Program-made: the position numbers and the translations under genes
NCBI RefSeq assembly: GCF_001194135.2
Contig: NC_068984.1
Span: 25,566,355 to 25,630,354, forward strand
Reading direction: 5' to 3'
Length of the DNA stretch: 64,000 nt
Source: Octopus bimaculoides
Lineage: Eukaryota
The notes under the pieces: generated by a model
Told to the model about the DNA's origin: nothing
Databases searched by the model: none
Seen by the model: only the letters and a program-made list of their open reading frames with translations
Shown: positions 26,646 to 40,350 of the stretch, in pieces
Layout: each line of letters opens with the position of its first letter
How positions within the stretch are numbered: the stretch's first letter is position 1

Positions 26646-26807
26646 CATATATATACGACGGACTTCTTTTAGTTTCCGTCTACCAAATCCACTCACAAGG
26701 CTTTGGTCGGCCCAAGGCTATAGTAGAAGACACTTGCCCAAGGTGCCATGCAGTGGGACTGAACCCAGAACCATGTGGTCGGTAAGCAAGCTACTTACCA
26801 CACAGCC
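26409..26807 (-). mobile_element. SINE family B, near full length
   Basis: Colinear with 22973-23401. Confidence 0.9.
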
Positions 26808-29505
26808 CGTACATTTCCTAAAATTTTAAGTAATGTATTTTGAACTACAGTAATGTGGGGATCCATAAGAAGAAAAAAAACACCTCCACTGGAACTCACC
26901 AGTGACTTCCATGATATATTAAGAATATAGCATGGGGAGCCACCAATGACTGCCATGGTAGGCAAAATCTTAAAATATCCTCGTCCTGCTCAAACAAATA
27001 TGACACACAAAGCATATACCATACTTAGTCTTATCTGAGATGATGTCACAACATTTTGTCACGCAGAGAACACTCCAGACTAGTAATGATGAATGAAAGG
27101 GAAATTTGGTTTGCAATGTAGTTGACTTGATTCTTCAATATTTATTATAGTTTATCAGTGACGGAAATCTTTAACATGTCTATGGCTAGACCAGCCATCT
27201 CCATATTCGAAATTCTAAGTATTTACCAAAAGCAAACTATGACACAAAACTCATGAATAGAGAATACAGAAAAACTAGGTTAAAATTGCTTGATTAAGTA
27301 AGTATACAGTAGTAAGGAAGATGATAGCAAGGAAGAACTATTCATTAACGGTAAAATAAGACAATGATAAAGAAACAGGTTATAACAAAATAAATCTATA
27401 AAAGTAAGGTTTCCAAGGAAATATATTTTGGGTGTGCTAAGTAAGTGTTGTACACCCACCATCTTTAAAATAACTTTGCTTTTACAGTATCATCATATAA
27501 TAATCTGATCATTTGTTTTCAAATCTAATACACATTCACAGAGATTTAAGTCAGTTGTATTATGTATAGAAAGGGCCTTAGATTTGTTTATTTTTGTATA
27601 ATACTTTATACCAGAAGCATAGACTCAGCAAAGTAGCACACCTTGTGACAACAACTACCAAGCGCCACCGGAATATATATGGAAGATATAGAATGTTAGA
27701 GAGAATGTGAACAAATATTTGTTCAAACAACAAAACATGTGTAGCCATGAGTCAAGCTGTTAGAATGTACAACCATATATGAAAACATTTTTTTTTTAAT
27801 GAGCCAATGAGTGAAGCATCTACAGGATTGCTCAACCTGCAAGAAATAGCAGCCAAATCACCCTCAAATCCCACCTTACTGTCTGCCTTAAAGAAGGAAG
27901 GCCATGTTGGAATCCTAAGCATACTATGTCTGAAAATAAGAAGTGATGGACATGGATAGAATGCCATTTATCATAGGTCTACTTCAAGATTGATCAGGAG
28001 TTAAACAAAAACTTTTTTTTTAAATATAATCCTCAAAATATATATCACTGTATCTAGCTATGACTGATCATCGTTTTGGCATCCACTTTTCTATATTTGC
28101 ATGAATCAAACAAACTTAAGGAGGCATTTTTTCTACAACTGGATGCTCTTCCTGTTAGTAATCCTCACTGGTTTCCAAACAAGGTAATATTTCTCCTAAC
28201 TCTTTGAACATAAACAACAGAATCACCTGGCATGTTCTGGAGGAAAACTGAAAATGAATGGCATTGCTTGTATGATGGTGAAAGATTTATTTACAATTAG
28301 TATGTGATGTCAAGACATGAAAACACACACACATTCACAGGAATTTGGGAATCTGTCTTCTACAACAGTTCCAGGCCAAACAAATCCATGTACATGGATT
28401 TCATAGAGGAAAACTGAAAGAAGCCTGTCATGTGAGAAAAAGAGAGAGAGTGAGAGAGTTTGCGTGTGTACCCTGTGCATGCATGCACACATGCACATAC
28501 ATTTATCTTTGTAATTATTTACATTTGTGTTTCTCCAAAAACTACTGCACTACAACCAGTGACAGTGTTGCCATTTCCCATCTGATAGCATTGCACCTTC
28601 AAAGATGTGCACAATAAGAGATGCCTTACTTGAAAAACAGGTGAAAGTTAATGACAAGAGGGGCATCCAGCTGTAAAATAATATCTCAATAACATACTCA
28701 TCTAACCCATGCTACTATGGAAAAACAGACAAGAATACTTTCAATTTCCATCCACTAAGTTCATTCACAAGCTTATGGTCAACCCAAGGCCATAGTAGAA
28801 GTCACTTGTCCAAGGTGCTGTGCAGTGGGACTGAACCTAAAACCCATGTGGTTATGAAGCATATTTCTTAACCACTCAGCCATAACTTAAAAAATGTGCT
28901 CAACAGCATAACAGAGACAACATAAACTTCAAAAAATATTTAGAAATTGGTGATTTATAATATATTCTTAGTGGTTCCTCCATATAATATATGGCACAGC
29001 AAAGAGGAGGGCCATAAATTCCATTACTGAAACTACAGAAAAGGCCACTAGGTGGCTTTGTATAAAGAGAATAGAGCAGTAGTTTGATGCTATTGGGATG
29101 CAATGTGGGACCTGATGAACCCTGGTTAGACCCAATGGCTGAGGGGTAGTCTCGTATTGAACAACCCAAAATCACCTGAGACCCCAGGAACATCACCAAT
29201 GGTGCATCCCAGACCATCTGTGAGATGTGTCTTAGAACTAGTTTTAAGTCTTTATAATGCTGAGTTGTATATAAGCAAGTAGGTAGATAAAAGTAGCTAT
29301 TTCCAGAAGTCTTTGCTCCTATCCGCTATCTATATCTCATCACAGAAATATTAATCCTTAACTATGAAATAAGTTTATATGATAAGAACACCAAATGCTT
29401 CATTCTTTTTAAATAAAGAAAAGCATTCATATATCACTCACTCATAGTAAACCTAATTCCAAAACTGGTTGTACTTTCAAAAACGTCTATAAAATATATA
29501 TTTAT

Positions 29506-30008
29506 GAAGTCGTGTGGCCTACTGGTTAAGGTTGTTTGACTCATGATCGTTAGGTTGTGGATTCAATTCCTAGACTAGGTGATGTGTTATTTCCTGGAAT
29601 AAGGTTCTTTACTTCATGTCACTCCAGTCTGTTTAGCTATAATGAAAACTGGTCAAGATGCTGGTGGTACAAATCTCTCTCCACCCAGCTATCACATCCT
29701 GGATGATCAGCCAGGTAAAGGCCAAGAGAATATTTATGTCTGCCCTCAACTACCAAAAACAGGATCAAAGGTCCTTCCCAAGCCATAGGCTTGAAAAGAC
29801 CAATTTCCCAGGTTCTGTGCATATGTGCTCCCCCACTGGATATGGCACCAGTTCATTACAGGACTACTCATTTTTGACAGCTGAGTGAATTGGAGCAATG
29901 TAAAATGAAGAGTTTTGCTCAAGAACACAACGTATCACCCAGTTAGGAATAGAAACCACAATCTTACAATCATGAGCGCAACACCTTAACCACTAAGCCA
30001 CACGACTC
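29506..30008. mobile_element. Inverted pair of CORE-like SINEs (+ 29506-29650; - about 29735-30008)
   Basis: Both begin (G)AGTCGTGTGGC.TA.TGGTTAAGG and share about 145 bp of head plus central block. Confidence 0.6.
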
Positions 30009-30476
30009 TGCACCCTCAGCTACATTGACACCTAAAACAATTAGCAAAACCATGGTCCATGTTACCAAGCCAAACTCACTCACAAGTGACAAATGCCTGT
30101 ACTAATATGTATTTAATAGTGCAATTTTTTACATTTAAAACTTTTTTTTCCCTCTATTTTATGTAATTTAATCAGTTCTAAAAAATTACTATTTACTCTA
30201 CATGTTATTTCAATAAATACTTAATTCAATTAGAATAAAAAACGATTTATCTTTGCAAAGAAATTTATCATTCTGCCATGTTTCCTATATACTTGCCTTC
30301 ATTCAAAGTAAAGAAAAAGAGAGTCACAGTTTATTCCAAGATTCGTAAAACTTTCATTTAACTCAACTGTATTCTTCAATGCTCATGAACATATGTATAT
30401 AAATGTGTATAAGTATAAAATAATATATATGTAAATATGCACATGTACTTTTTATATATGTGTGTCTGTGTGCATA

Positions 30477-30510
<34 letters not shown>

Positions 30511-33500
30511 CAAACACATACACACATATATCAGTATGTATTACATTGCATAGTATTATGAACATTTCTTTCAATGTCTCAGACAAACATTCCTTAAGAA
30601 AGAAAGAAAAAAAGTTGGGAATTTTTTTGTCAAATTAAATCCAGATTTGCTGTGTTGGTTTGGCCTATTAATTTTAAAATGATTTTTTTTTTTAAGTGAA
30701 TATACTATATTACAGAAATATTTGCTTTTAATACTGTCTTGGGTGAAATTTACGAGCAATTAAGAATATAAGAATATATAATGAAATCCTTAATAAGATT
30801 TTTGGTCTTAATATATACTTTTTTTTTTTTTATAATATCAGACTTATGTCATCAAGACTCTTGGAGAATTTAGAACAGTGGAATAACAGAAATGGTAATG
30901 CACAGAGCAAATTACCCTGAAGTATTTAGCTAAGTTTTTTCTTCCTACTTTAACATTCCAAGTTCAAAATTTGTTAGGGTTGACCTTCCTTTTAGTTCTC
31001 GAAGGCCAGAAAGTTGGTATCAATAATGTAATGAAACGATTCACTTCACTTGATTACATCGTTTTCTTGAATATTTGCAGCATTTACTATTAGAAATTAT
31101 GCTTTCATGTTCTCATAATAAATTTGGACAAAGCAAACCAGTCATCATTTAGGGGTTTAATGTGAGCCAATGGGTCTATCAGTATGTTTATGTGAACGCA
31201 AGAGTACGTGTGTATATGAATGTCTGTGTATATATAAATGTGTATGTATGAGTTTGCTTATGTATAAGTGTTTATAAGTATGTTTATGTATGTGTTTGTG
31301 TATATGTGTATTTGTGTGTGTATATGTATGTGTTTGTGTGTGTGTGTATACATGTGTTTGTATCATCATCATCATCATCATCGTTTAACGTCCACTTTCC
31401 ATGCTAGCATGGGTTGGACGATTTGACTGAGGACTGGTGAAACCGGATGGCAACACCAGGCTCCAGTCTGATTTGGCAGAGNNNNNNNNNNNNNNNNNNN
31501 NNNNNNNNNNNNNNNNNNNNNNNNNNNNNNNNNNNNNNNNNNNNNNNNNNNNNNNNNNNNNNNNNNNNNNNNNNNNNNNNNNNNNNNNNNNNNNNNNNNN
31601 NNNNNNNNNNNNNNNNNNNNNNNNNNNNNNNNNNNNNNNNNNNNNNNNNNNNNNNNNNNNNNNNNNNNNNNNNNNNNNNNNNNNNNNNNNNNNNNNNNNN
31701 NNNNNNNNNNNNNNNNNNNNNNNNNNNNNNNNNNNNNNNNNNNNNNNNNNNNNNNNNNNNNNNNNNNNNNNNNNNNNNNNNNNNNNNNNNNNNNNNNNNN
31801 NNNNNNNNNNNNNNNNNNNNNNNNNNNNNNNNNNNNNNNNNNNNNNNNNNNNNNNNNNNNNNNNNNNNNNNNNNNNNNNNNNNNNNNNNNNNNNNNNNNN
31901 NNNNNNNNNNNNNNNNNNNNNNNNNNNNNNNNNNNNNNNNNNNNNNNNNNNNNNNNNNNNNNNNNNNNNNNNNNNNNNNNNNNNNNNNNNNNNNNNNNNN
32001 NNNNNNNNNNNNNNNNNNNNNNNNNNNNNNNNNNNNNNNNNNNNNNNNNNNNNNNNNNNNNNNNNNNNNNNNNNNNNNNNNNNNNNNNNNNNNNNNNNNN
32101 NNNNNNNNNNNNNNNNNNNNNNNNNATATATATAAACACATGAATGCATATGCATGAGTATGTTTATGAATTTGTGCATATCATAATCATTTAACATCCA
32201 TGCTCCCTGCTGGCATGGGTTGTGAGAGTGTGAGTGAGAGAGAATGTGTGTGTGTGTGTGTGTGCACGTGTGTGTGTGTGTGTGTGTGCAAGTGCGTGCA
32301 TGGACATGTATGTATTACATTGTACACCATAAAAAATTTCTATTTTTTCTGAAATGTTTCAGAAAGAAATTCCAGTAATAGAGGGGATGTTTGTTTTTTG
32401 TGGGTTTTTTTTTTCCTTTTGTCATATTAAATCCCGGTTATATAACTGAAATTTAATTCTTCTCCTTCTTCCCCCTACCCATCCGGGTGAAGGATCAGTT
32501 TTGAAAGATTAGACGTTTTTTTCTCACCACATCATACAAACTTAACCAAACTCACAAACGTCACTGTATATTTTTTGCCAACACAAATATCCTGTTTCCC
32601 CTGACTGTTTTTTACCATAGAAAAAGTCAAAACAATTTTGAGAAGCCATTGGCTTTCAGTTATATCCTTCTATTGAGCACTATAAAGACTGCTACTTAAT
32701 GCTTAAGTATAATCGAATAAACTTTCTAAGGTAGAATGATACAAATATAGAAAGATAATAGTAACAATAGCAGTGTAATCTTTTAGTATTTTTTAAACTC
32801 ATTTCAGAAGCTGTCAAAGACAGTTATTTAATTTAATAATTAACATTTTTGCTCTGTCTGAAGAAAAATGTATATCCAAAAGAAAAAAATTTAAACAATG
32901 CTACAAATTTAAGACTTCACAATTTAAATTTATACAACATGCCTTCAAAATTAGAAATCATAAATCACACATTTAAATTATATCAATATACAAATTTATC
33001 AAATTTAACAAATATTTATAATTTGCTTGATCAATATAATATTAAACTGTACAAAGAAATCTAAGAATATTAAGTTGTTGTTTGCAGTGAACATTGAGAT
33101 CTGAAACAATGACTTGCATGTTTATTCTAAATATGTTTTGGCAGATTTTAATGCAAATATATTAATCGTAGTTGTGTAATTGGTGCAAGGGATTCTGCAA
33201 CACTGGTGTTTCAATATGTCGTATCTCATCAGCCAGAAGTATCTGGACTTTTGAGTCTTGACAAGAGCTGATGGATTTTTGTTTATAGTTTCAGCAAACA
33301 AGAACACAAAGAAATAAAAATGAAAAGAAGACATATACAGTAAGTGAAAAGATAATTACCCAGAGACTTCTAAATAGATAAAAGCATCTTTTATTGTAGG
33401 TTATTTTAGACATTATTGAATTTCATATTGCTGAGCCTCCTAACTAAATTCTGAAATTCTTTCTCTGTCACTAATAACACTGTCAAAAAACTTAACAACA

Positions 33501-33961
33501 AGTTATTCAAGGAAGCTCAACATAAAAGAAATTGCAGCCAAATCTTCTTCCCTATCATCTTTGAAAGTAATTAAATATGCATATTATATTCAGTATTAAA
33601 TTAATACTGAAGACTATAGATCAGAAAGTAAAACAAAACAAAAATTCTGCAATACAACACTAATGACATTAAAAACACTTTTATGGAACTAAAGGATTTT
33701 ATGATCATTCTTAATGTTCACATAATAATAATTCAGTAAATGCTCCTACTACTAGAACATCAAATATCAACCATTGCAAACTATACTCAAATCAGGGTGG
33801 ACAAAATGAGGTGAACCCTATACATAAAACTTGCATCTATGATATAGATATCACAATTTAAATTCATCAATACAGAACAATAAGATATGAGAAATCCAAA
33901 CTTTTGAAATAAACTAGTGACATGAAGCATATATTAACATTATAAACCCATGTGCATACAT

Positions 33962-34010
<49 letters not shown>

Positions 34011-34149
34011 GACAGGAACACATAGGAAGAATATGTACCTTACACCTAAGACACAATTTCGATCACTTTCTTTCATCAGACACCTAAAATACTATAGGGA
34101 ATAAAAACTCAAAACCCTCAGGGCCACACAAAACCATATACACTTAAAA

Positions 34150-34560
34150 CAGCCAGGTCTTGAATGAATCATTGCATTCAACATTTACAAATACTCATAC
34201 TGAAACTATCAGATTTCTGGATGCTAGATAAGATTTTAAGGATTATATAATGGAACAAAAACCTAATTGAAGTATTATAATTAAGACCCATCACCTTTTC
34301 ATGTCCATCCTCAAAAATTCTGGAAAAGCTAGTCTTTAACATCACTAATCCACATATTTCCCACTCCAAATCACATGGATTTAGATCACTAGACTCTACA
34401 CTAACACTACCCACAAACTTGGTAAAGAAAATATAGGATGGCTTCAACAACAAAAAATAAAATTCTAAAATGCCCCATTCTAACTAGAGTCAACATTAGC
34501 AAAGCTTTCAGCTATATTCCCTGTTTTGCACTCATACAAAAAATATTCAACATCATCTTA
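34150..34560 (+). mobile_element. Degenerate non-LTR RT fragment (non-RTE type)
   Basis: Translation RPITFSCPSSKILEKLV...SHGFRSLDSTLTL...GFNN...ISKAF matches early RT motifs. Confidence 0.6.
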
Positions 34561-34564
34561 AGAC

Positions 34565-34780
34565 AGATTCTTCAAGGTGAACCAAGCATCAGGAGGTTCA
34601 AGAGGTAGACCAAGAATGAGACAGCTGGATAATATCCACTTTCATTTGATCATGCTTCAGAATTTAACCAAGAAGAGTAATGATGGTTGCTTCTGATAGG
34701 ATACTATGGAAGAAGAGCCTGAGGACTAACCACATGACCCTCCCAAGAATAGTGAGCAGAGAAGATAACTAGATGGATGA
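34565..34780 (+). mobile_element. Degenerate LINE 3' end
   Basis: RPRMRQLDNI ... ASDRILWKK-like motifs with frameshifts. Confidence 0.45.
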
Positions 34781-34787
34781 ATCTTAT

Positions 34788-35117
34788 GGCACATGGCTCA
34801 GTGGTTAGAGCGTCGAGCATCGATCGTGAGGTTGTGAGTTCAAATCCTGGACTGGGCTGGGTGTTGTGTTCTTGAGCAAGACACTTTATTTCACGTTGCT
34901 CCAGTTCACTCAGATGTAGAAATGAGTTGCGACGTCACAGGTGCCAAGCTGTGTCAGCCTTGGCTTTTCCCTTGGATAACACTGGTAGCGTGGAGAGGGG
35001 AGGCCGATATGCATGGGCGATTGCTAGTCTTCCATAAACAATCTTGCCCAGACTTGTGCCTAGGAGGGTAACTTTCTAGGTGCAATCCCATGGTCAGTCA
35101 TGACCAAAGGGGGTCTC
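34788..35117 (+). mobile_element. CORE-like SINE (same family as 43080-43345)
   Basis: tRNA-like head TGGCTCAGTGGTTAGAGC...GAGTTCAAATCC; shared body to CTTTCTAGGTGCAATCCCAT. Confidence 0.75.
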
Positions 35118-36039
35118 AGCAAGGAACAACACAAAATACTTGCTAATAGACTACCACTTGGCTATGAAGCTAATGTAATGGACAGAAACAACACTTCCAA
35201 AACTTGTATTTTCCCAAGTGAAGTACCATAGAAATCAGTCCTTTCCTCTCGTACTTTTCAACTTATCCAGACATGACTTCCCCACATTTCTACCAAACAT
35301 ACAGACATCACACACTTTTTTCCCTCCAGACACTGCTGCACAACTACTCTAACTCTATACAAATCATCAAGAAACTCAACTTTACAATAGATTTTGAAGT
35401 AGCACCTAACAAATCCAGTCTCCTTTCTTACCAGCCAGGTCGTAAAACATCAAATACAACCAACTCACACATTTCACAATATACCACACACATACATACA
35501 CACACTCACAACAAAGGACAAAAATACAAAGAGGTACATACAACTTCTCCACAACATACAGAAAACAGTAAATAAAGCAAAACAATGCACAAAACATACT
35601 TTAAAAAATAAGAAATACTACAGATGAGTAACAGAAACAACAATGATGTATGAACAATATACTAGATCTCCACAGACTATGCCTGTCCCGAGTGCTCAAA
35701 CTCTCCACTATCAAGCACAACAAACAACAAAGAAAGCAACACAGTACACCAACAGGTTCCACACAGTTCACACCAACAGACATAATGAAATCAAAATATT
35801 AAAAGTGAAAGATAACTTGGCCATGGAAGGGTTACAGGTTGTTACTCCAGCATGCTTCAAACCCCTATAAGTCTTCCACTAAATAAAAACCAATCCCAAA
35901 TCTGGATATTTAGGAGTAAGTTTTTTTCTTTTATAGTAGCACACTGTAGTAACAAACTTTACCTCTTCCATGACCAAGCAATCTTTCGTTTTTAGTTACT
36001 CAGTGTTTGAGAAACTGAGACCAACAGAATAAGTACCAG

Positions 36040-36675
36040 CCTTGTTCTCAACTGGGGTCCATATAAGATTTTTGGGGGTCCACACAGCAAAATAGTAAAT
36101 TGGAGATCCACAATAGTATTTTAAGGGCCCCTGAAAAAATTTTGCTTTAGATGTGTGTATTGGTATGTATTGCAGGAAACAGGTTTCTTTCTCTAATGTT
36201 TTACATAGTTCAACCTACACAAGTTAACCCATTACCTCCCATAATACTATTAACTGGAATTTTTTTATGAAACTTTGATTTCTAGCATAAAACAAACAGC
36301 CTTAGAAACAAGCTGGAATGATCAAAATAATATTTCAAAATAACATTTCAAAATAACATTTTAAATAGAAATAAGCGAGAGATATTGGGTGAAAAATTAG
36401 CAAACCTCATTTGAATATCAGAGAAATATACCTAGTAGATATAGCAAAAAGGTTAGATATGTGTAAATATTGACAGATAATTACGAAATTTGTAATTTTT
36501 AAGTGATCTCATATGAGATCACTGGTAGGTAATGGGTTAATGTGTGCAAAACAAAATAGGAATTTTGAAAGAAGTACCTATAAAACTTTTTTAAACATCA
36601 AATGGCTATGGGGGTCTACCAGCATAAAGCAGTAATCAAAGGGATCCATAGATAAAAGATGGTTGAGATCCCCTG
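36040..36675. mobile_element. hAT-like MITE carrying a TTAA MITE
   Basis: Colinear with 44774-45342; right end GGTTGAGATCCCCTG. Confidence 0.7.
36228..36536. mobile_element. piggyBac-like MITE (TTAA TSD)
   Basis: TTAA 36224-36227 and 36537-36540; TIR CCCATTACCT.CCA 13/14; empty site visible in the sibling near 45190. Confidence 0.85.
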
Positions 36676-37612
36676 AACTAAAGCTTTCAAGATCATGCCT
36701 TAGCATGGCCGCAGTCCAATGTTGAAACCAGTAAAAATCTAAATAGAAAATAAAATAGGCAATCTGAATTTATAGACTCAGGATCTTCAAGTATTAAACT
36801 TACTCCTGCCAGTCACAAAGGCCTAACCTATACGAAATAATCAGGGATGACCAAAGAACTTGAGTTTCTTTTACACCTCCTGTCAGTAGAGATCAGTAGT
36901 TACTCAGTGAATATTTACAAAATTCCTTTCTTTCTTTCTTTCTTTCTCTCTCTCTCTCTCTTTCTCCTACCTTTTAAAGCAATTACTTATTACTCATAGA
37001 TCACTCATCAGAAAATTATCTCTGCTAAGTCATGGCATGGTGGATTAAAAAAATTTTTTTTAAACTAAAAGAAAAACTTATTTCTATCAACCAAAACTGA
37101 TTTCAGCTTGTCAAACATGCCAGGCTACTTTCAAACAACACTTCTGTTAACATTTAGGATTCATAAATGATGATCGAGAAAGTATACTTGTTAGCTTAAG
37201 ATAGCAAAACCCAGACAGCTGTCAATCCAAGTTATTCACAACAGACTAAAAACTGCTGTAATCTTCAATAATTTTAGCCTCATGCTGCAACAGTTTAATA
37301 TTAAAATTTAACCACCGGTTCATAACAAATCTTACAATCTCTGTTGTTGTAGTTGTTGCTTAGCCCCAAGACAGCTCTGATGGAGAAAACTTACAATCAA
37401 AAATATTTAAGTCATGATCATCTTGATTTTTGTTCATGTTGGACTACATTCTCCAGTGCATCGTTACATTTTTAACAAAGTATAGTATGATTTTAGGGCA
37501 ACTTGCCTGCTATTCTGAGGCAGGTTGAATGACCATACAGAAGATCCATCACTGGCTTCAACAATATATGTCATTTCTAATGGTAGAATTGATTGTAATG
37601 TATGATGGCTAT

Positions 37613-37859
37613 TGTTGTTGTTGTTGTTGGCACTCCGTCGCTTACGACGTCGAGGGTTCCAGTTGATCCGATCAACGGAACAGCCTGCTCGTGAAATTAA
37701 CGTGCAAGTGGCTGAGCACTCCACAGGCACATGTACCCTCAACGTAGTTCTAGTGGGTATTCGCTCAATAAACACTCACAACGCCCGGTCTGGGAATTGA
37801 AACCGCGATCCTATGACCGTGAGTCCGCTACCCTAACCACTGGGCCATTGCACCTTCAC
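37613..37859 (-). mobile_element. Internally deleted SINE family A with 11-bp TSD
   Basis: TSD ATGATGGCTAT at 37602-37612 and 37860-37870; (AAC)n tail; central about 150 bp missing. Confidence 0.85.
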
Positions 37860-38221
37860 ATGATGGCTATATCTAAATTTTAAAAATACTATTTCATTCA
37901 GTATCTCAAATGTCAACAAAACTGGTGAATATATGTGTTAACTTCACATATATACACATACCTATATATATGTAAGTGTGCGTGTACCCAAATAGGATCA
38001 ACTGTGCTTTAGATCTACCTCATTAGCTATGGTACTGCTTCAATGCAAACATATTGGATTGGATTGCCTATGTTCAGTTCACTGCAGGACAAATGCCTTA
38101 GGATGTTCTCTCCACCAAAGAATGGCTTGAAATCATATTCATCTCATGAGCCTACTCTGCCACACTGGCATGACATTGCTTGGTAGAAGGATGTAGTCTT
38201 TATATTCATACTCAGGAACAG

Positions 38222-38390
38222 ATAAGTCAACTATATCAACCCTAATGCTCGACTGGTACTTATTTTATTGACACCAAAAAGATGAAAGGCAAAGTATACC
38301 TGGGAGGAATTTGAACTCAGAGAACATAAAGATGGACAAAATACTGCTAAGCATTTTGTCAAGCATGCTAACAATTCTGTCAGCTCACCT
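38222..38390 (-). mobile_element. SINE family D
   Basis: Colinear with 1520-1685. Confidence 0.7.
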
Positions 38391-38693
38391 TATAAACATA
38401 GTATAATATAATATAAAGAAAGTAGCACATAGATAACTGGCCACTAACCTTCTTAGAGACTAAATGAATTCTAAATTCTAGTTTAGCATAGGAAAGAAAC
38501 ACCATTCTAGCCCAACTGTCTAAAGAACTATTTTGTTTTCTCACCTCGACTAACAAGGTTATTCAAATACTGGAGGAATATTTTGCAAGTTAAGCCAGTT
38601 GCCTCTAGTTTAATAAATACATAAAAAAAAACCACTTTACATTTGTACATCGGTAAGAAAATATATAAACATTATATAATATTCAGACACATG

Positions 38694-38695
<2 letters not shown>

Positions 38696-38765
<70 letters not shown>

Positions 38766-39249
38766 NNNNNNNNNNNNNNNNNNNNNNNNNNNNNNNNNNN
38801 NNNNNNNNNNNNNNNNNNNNNNNNNNNNNNNNNNNNNNNNNNNNNNNNNNNNNNNNNNNNNNNNNNNNNNNNNNNNNNNNNNNNNNNNNNNNNNNNNNNN
38901 NNNNNNNNNNNNNNNNNNNNNNNNNNNNNNNNNNNNNNNNNNNNNNNNNNNNNNNNNNNNNNNNNNNNNNNNNNNNNNNNNNNNNNNNNNNNNNNNNNNN
39001 NNNNNNNNNNNNNNNNNNNNNNNNNNNNNNNNNNNNNNNNNNNNNNNNNNNNNNNNNNNNNNNNNNNNNNNNNNNNNNNNNNNNNNNNNNNNNNNNNNNN
39101 NNNNNNNNNNNNNNNNNNNNNNNNNNNNNNNNNNNNNNNNNNNNNNNNNNNNNNNNNNNNNNNNNNNNNNNNNNNNNNNNNNNNNNNNNNNNNNNNNNNN
39201 NNNNNNNNNNNNNNNNNNNNNNNNNNNNNNNNNNNNNNNNNNNNNNNNN

Positions 39250-39320
<71 letters not shown>
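38696..39320. repeat. Compound (CA)n / (CT)n microsatellite spanning a gap
   Basis: Direct reading; gap about 38766-39249. Confidence 0.95.
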
Positions 39321-39779
39321 GAATGGTTCTCAAATACATAAAAAAAAGCCTGAAATAAGATAACCACTGTTATAAATGATTCATGTAATTTTGATTTTTG
39401 TCAGACTATGACACAAAATAGTAAGCAGGGAAAAGTATTGGAGTCCCAGCTTTCACTGCTGTCAGTGTTTTGACATGAACTTAATAATCCACATGCCTGA
39501 ATTTAAGGAACTGGAAAACATGAAACAGACTTTTATCTTCTAACCAAAAGAGACTTAACCCTTGTCTGTTAAGAATCTAACATCAGCCTCAGGTTTATGA
39601 ATCACAAGAGTTCATAAAATGATTGAATGAATGAAACACATCTCAAAAGTGGTAGAGTTATTTTGTAAATGACCCTATGTTTTCCTGTTCAATTACTAGT
39701 AGGAGTTTCCATAGAACTAGATATACCAGTGATACACCAGTACCACTCCACCAAAAACGAGCAAAACCAACTGTATTGC

Positions 39780-40070
39780 CCATGACATGAGCAAAGTCTT
39801 CACCCATCCTTCATTACTTAGGTTGAAAGTTCTCTCCAGACTATTCCATTACAGAATGGTAACATGCCTCTCTCTGGTCTTTATTCTATAAGCTTTAGGG
39901 TACTTCAAAGTTTGGTTATGACACCTATACACTTTTTTGTAAACATCAATGACTTGTTCACAGGCAATTCTAATCATACATACCCCTATGCAGATACTAT
40001 CATGCCTAACTCCGTCTTAACATTTAGTACAGTCGTCACCATAAATGCTTCTACCAGACCTTGAAAACAA
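39780..40070 (+). mobile_element. Degenerate CR1/L2-like RT fragment
   Basis: SISFRVLQSLVMTPIHFFVNINDL...YPYADT resembles GVPQGSVL.P.LF..YINDL...YADD. Confidence 0.5.
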
Positions 40071-40099
40071 TTCCACTAGGAGACATGAGAACCACATTT

Positions 40100-40350
40100 C
40101 ATAAAGAAGTGCTGAGCTCTAATTGTGGAGGGTACCTGTAGAAGGGATAAACTCAGGAAGACATGGGATGAAGTGGTGAGAAAGGATCTTCAGATGCAAG
40201 GCGTCACTGAAGAAATGACAAGGGACCGGGAGATATGGCAATTTGCTGTACTTGATAAGACACTTCAAGCTAAGTAAAATCAGTCTTCCACACATACAGG
40301 TTTGTCCTCTCAGGTGCCGGTGTCACATAAAAATCACCTGTGCCAGTGGT
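40100..40350 (+). mobile_element. RTE ORF2 C-terminus and start of 3'UTR
   Basis: LIVEGTCRRDKLRKTWDEVVRKDLQMQGVTEEMTRDREIWQFAVLDKTLQAK*, followed by GTGCCAGTGGTGCTTAAAAAGCAC. Confidence 0.75.

Noticed and set aside
33140-33330. ADFNA motif suggesting a LINE endonuclease, or a plus exon
   Set aside because: Single short motif with surrounding stops.
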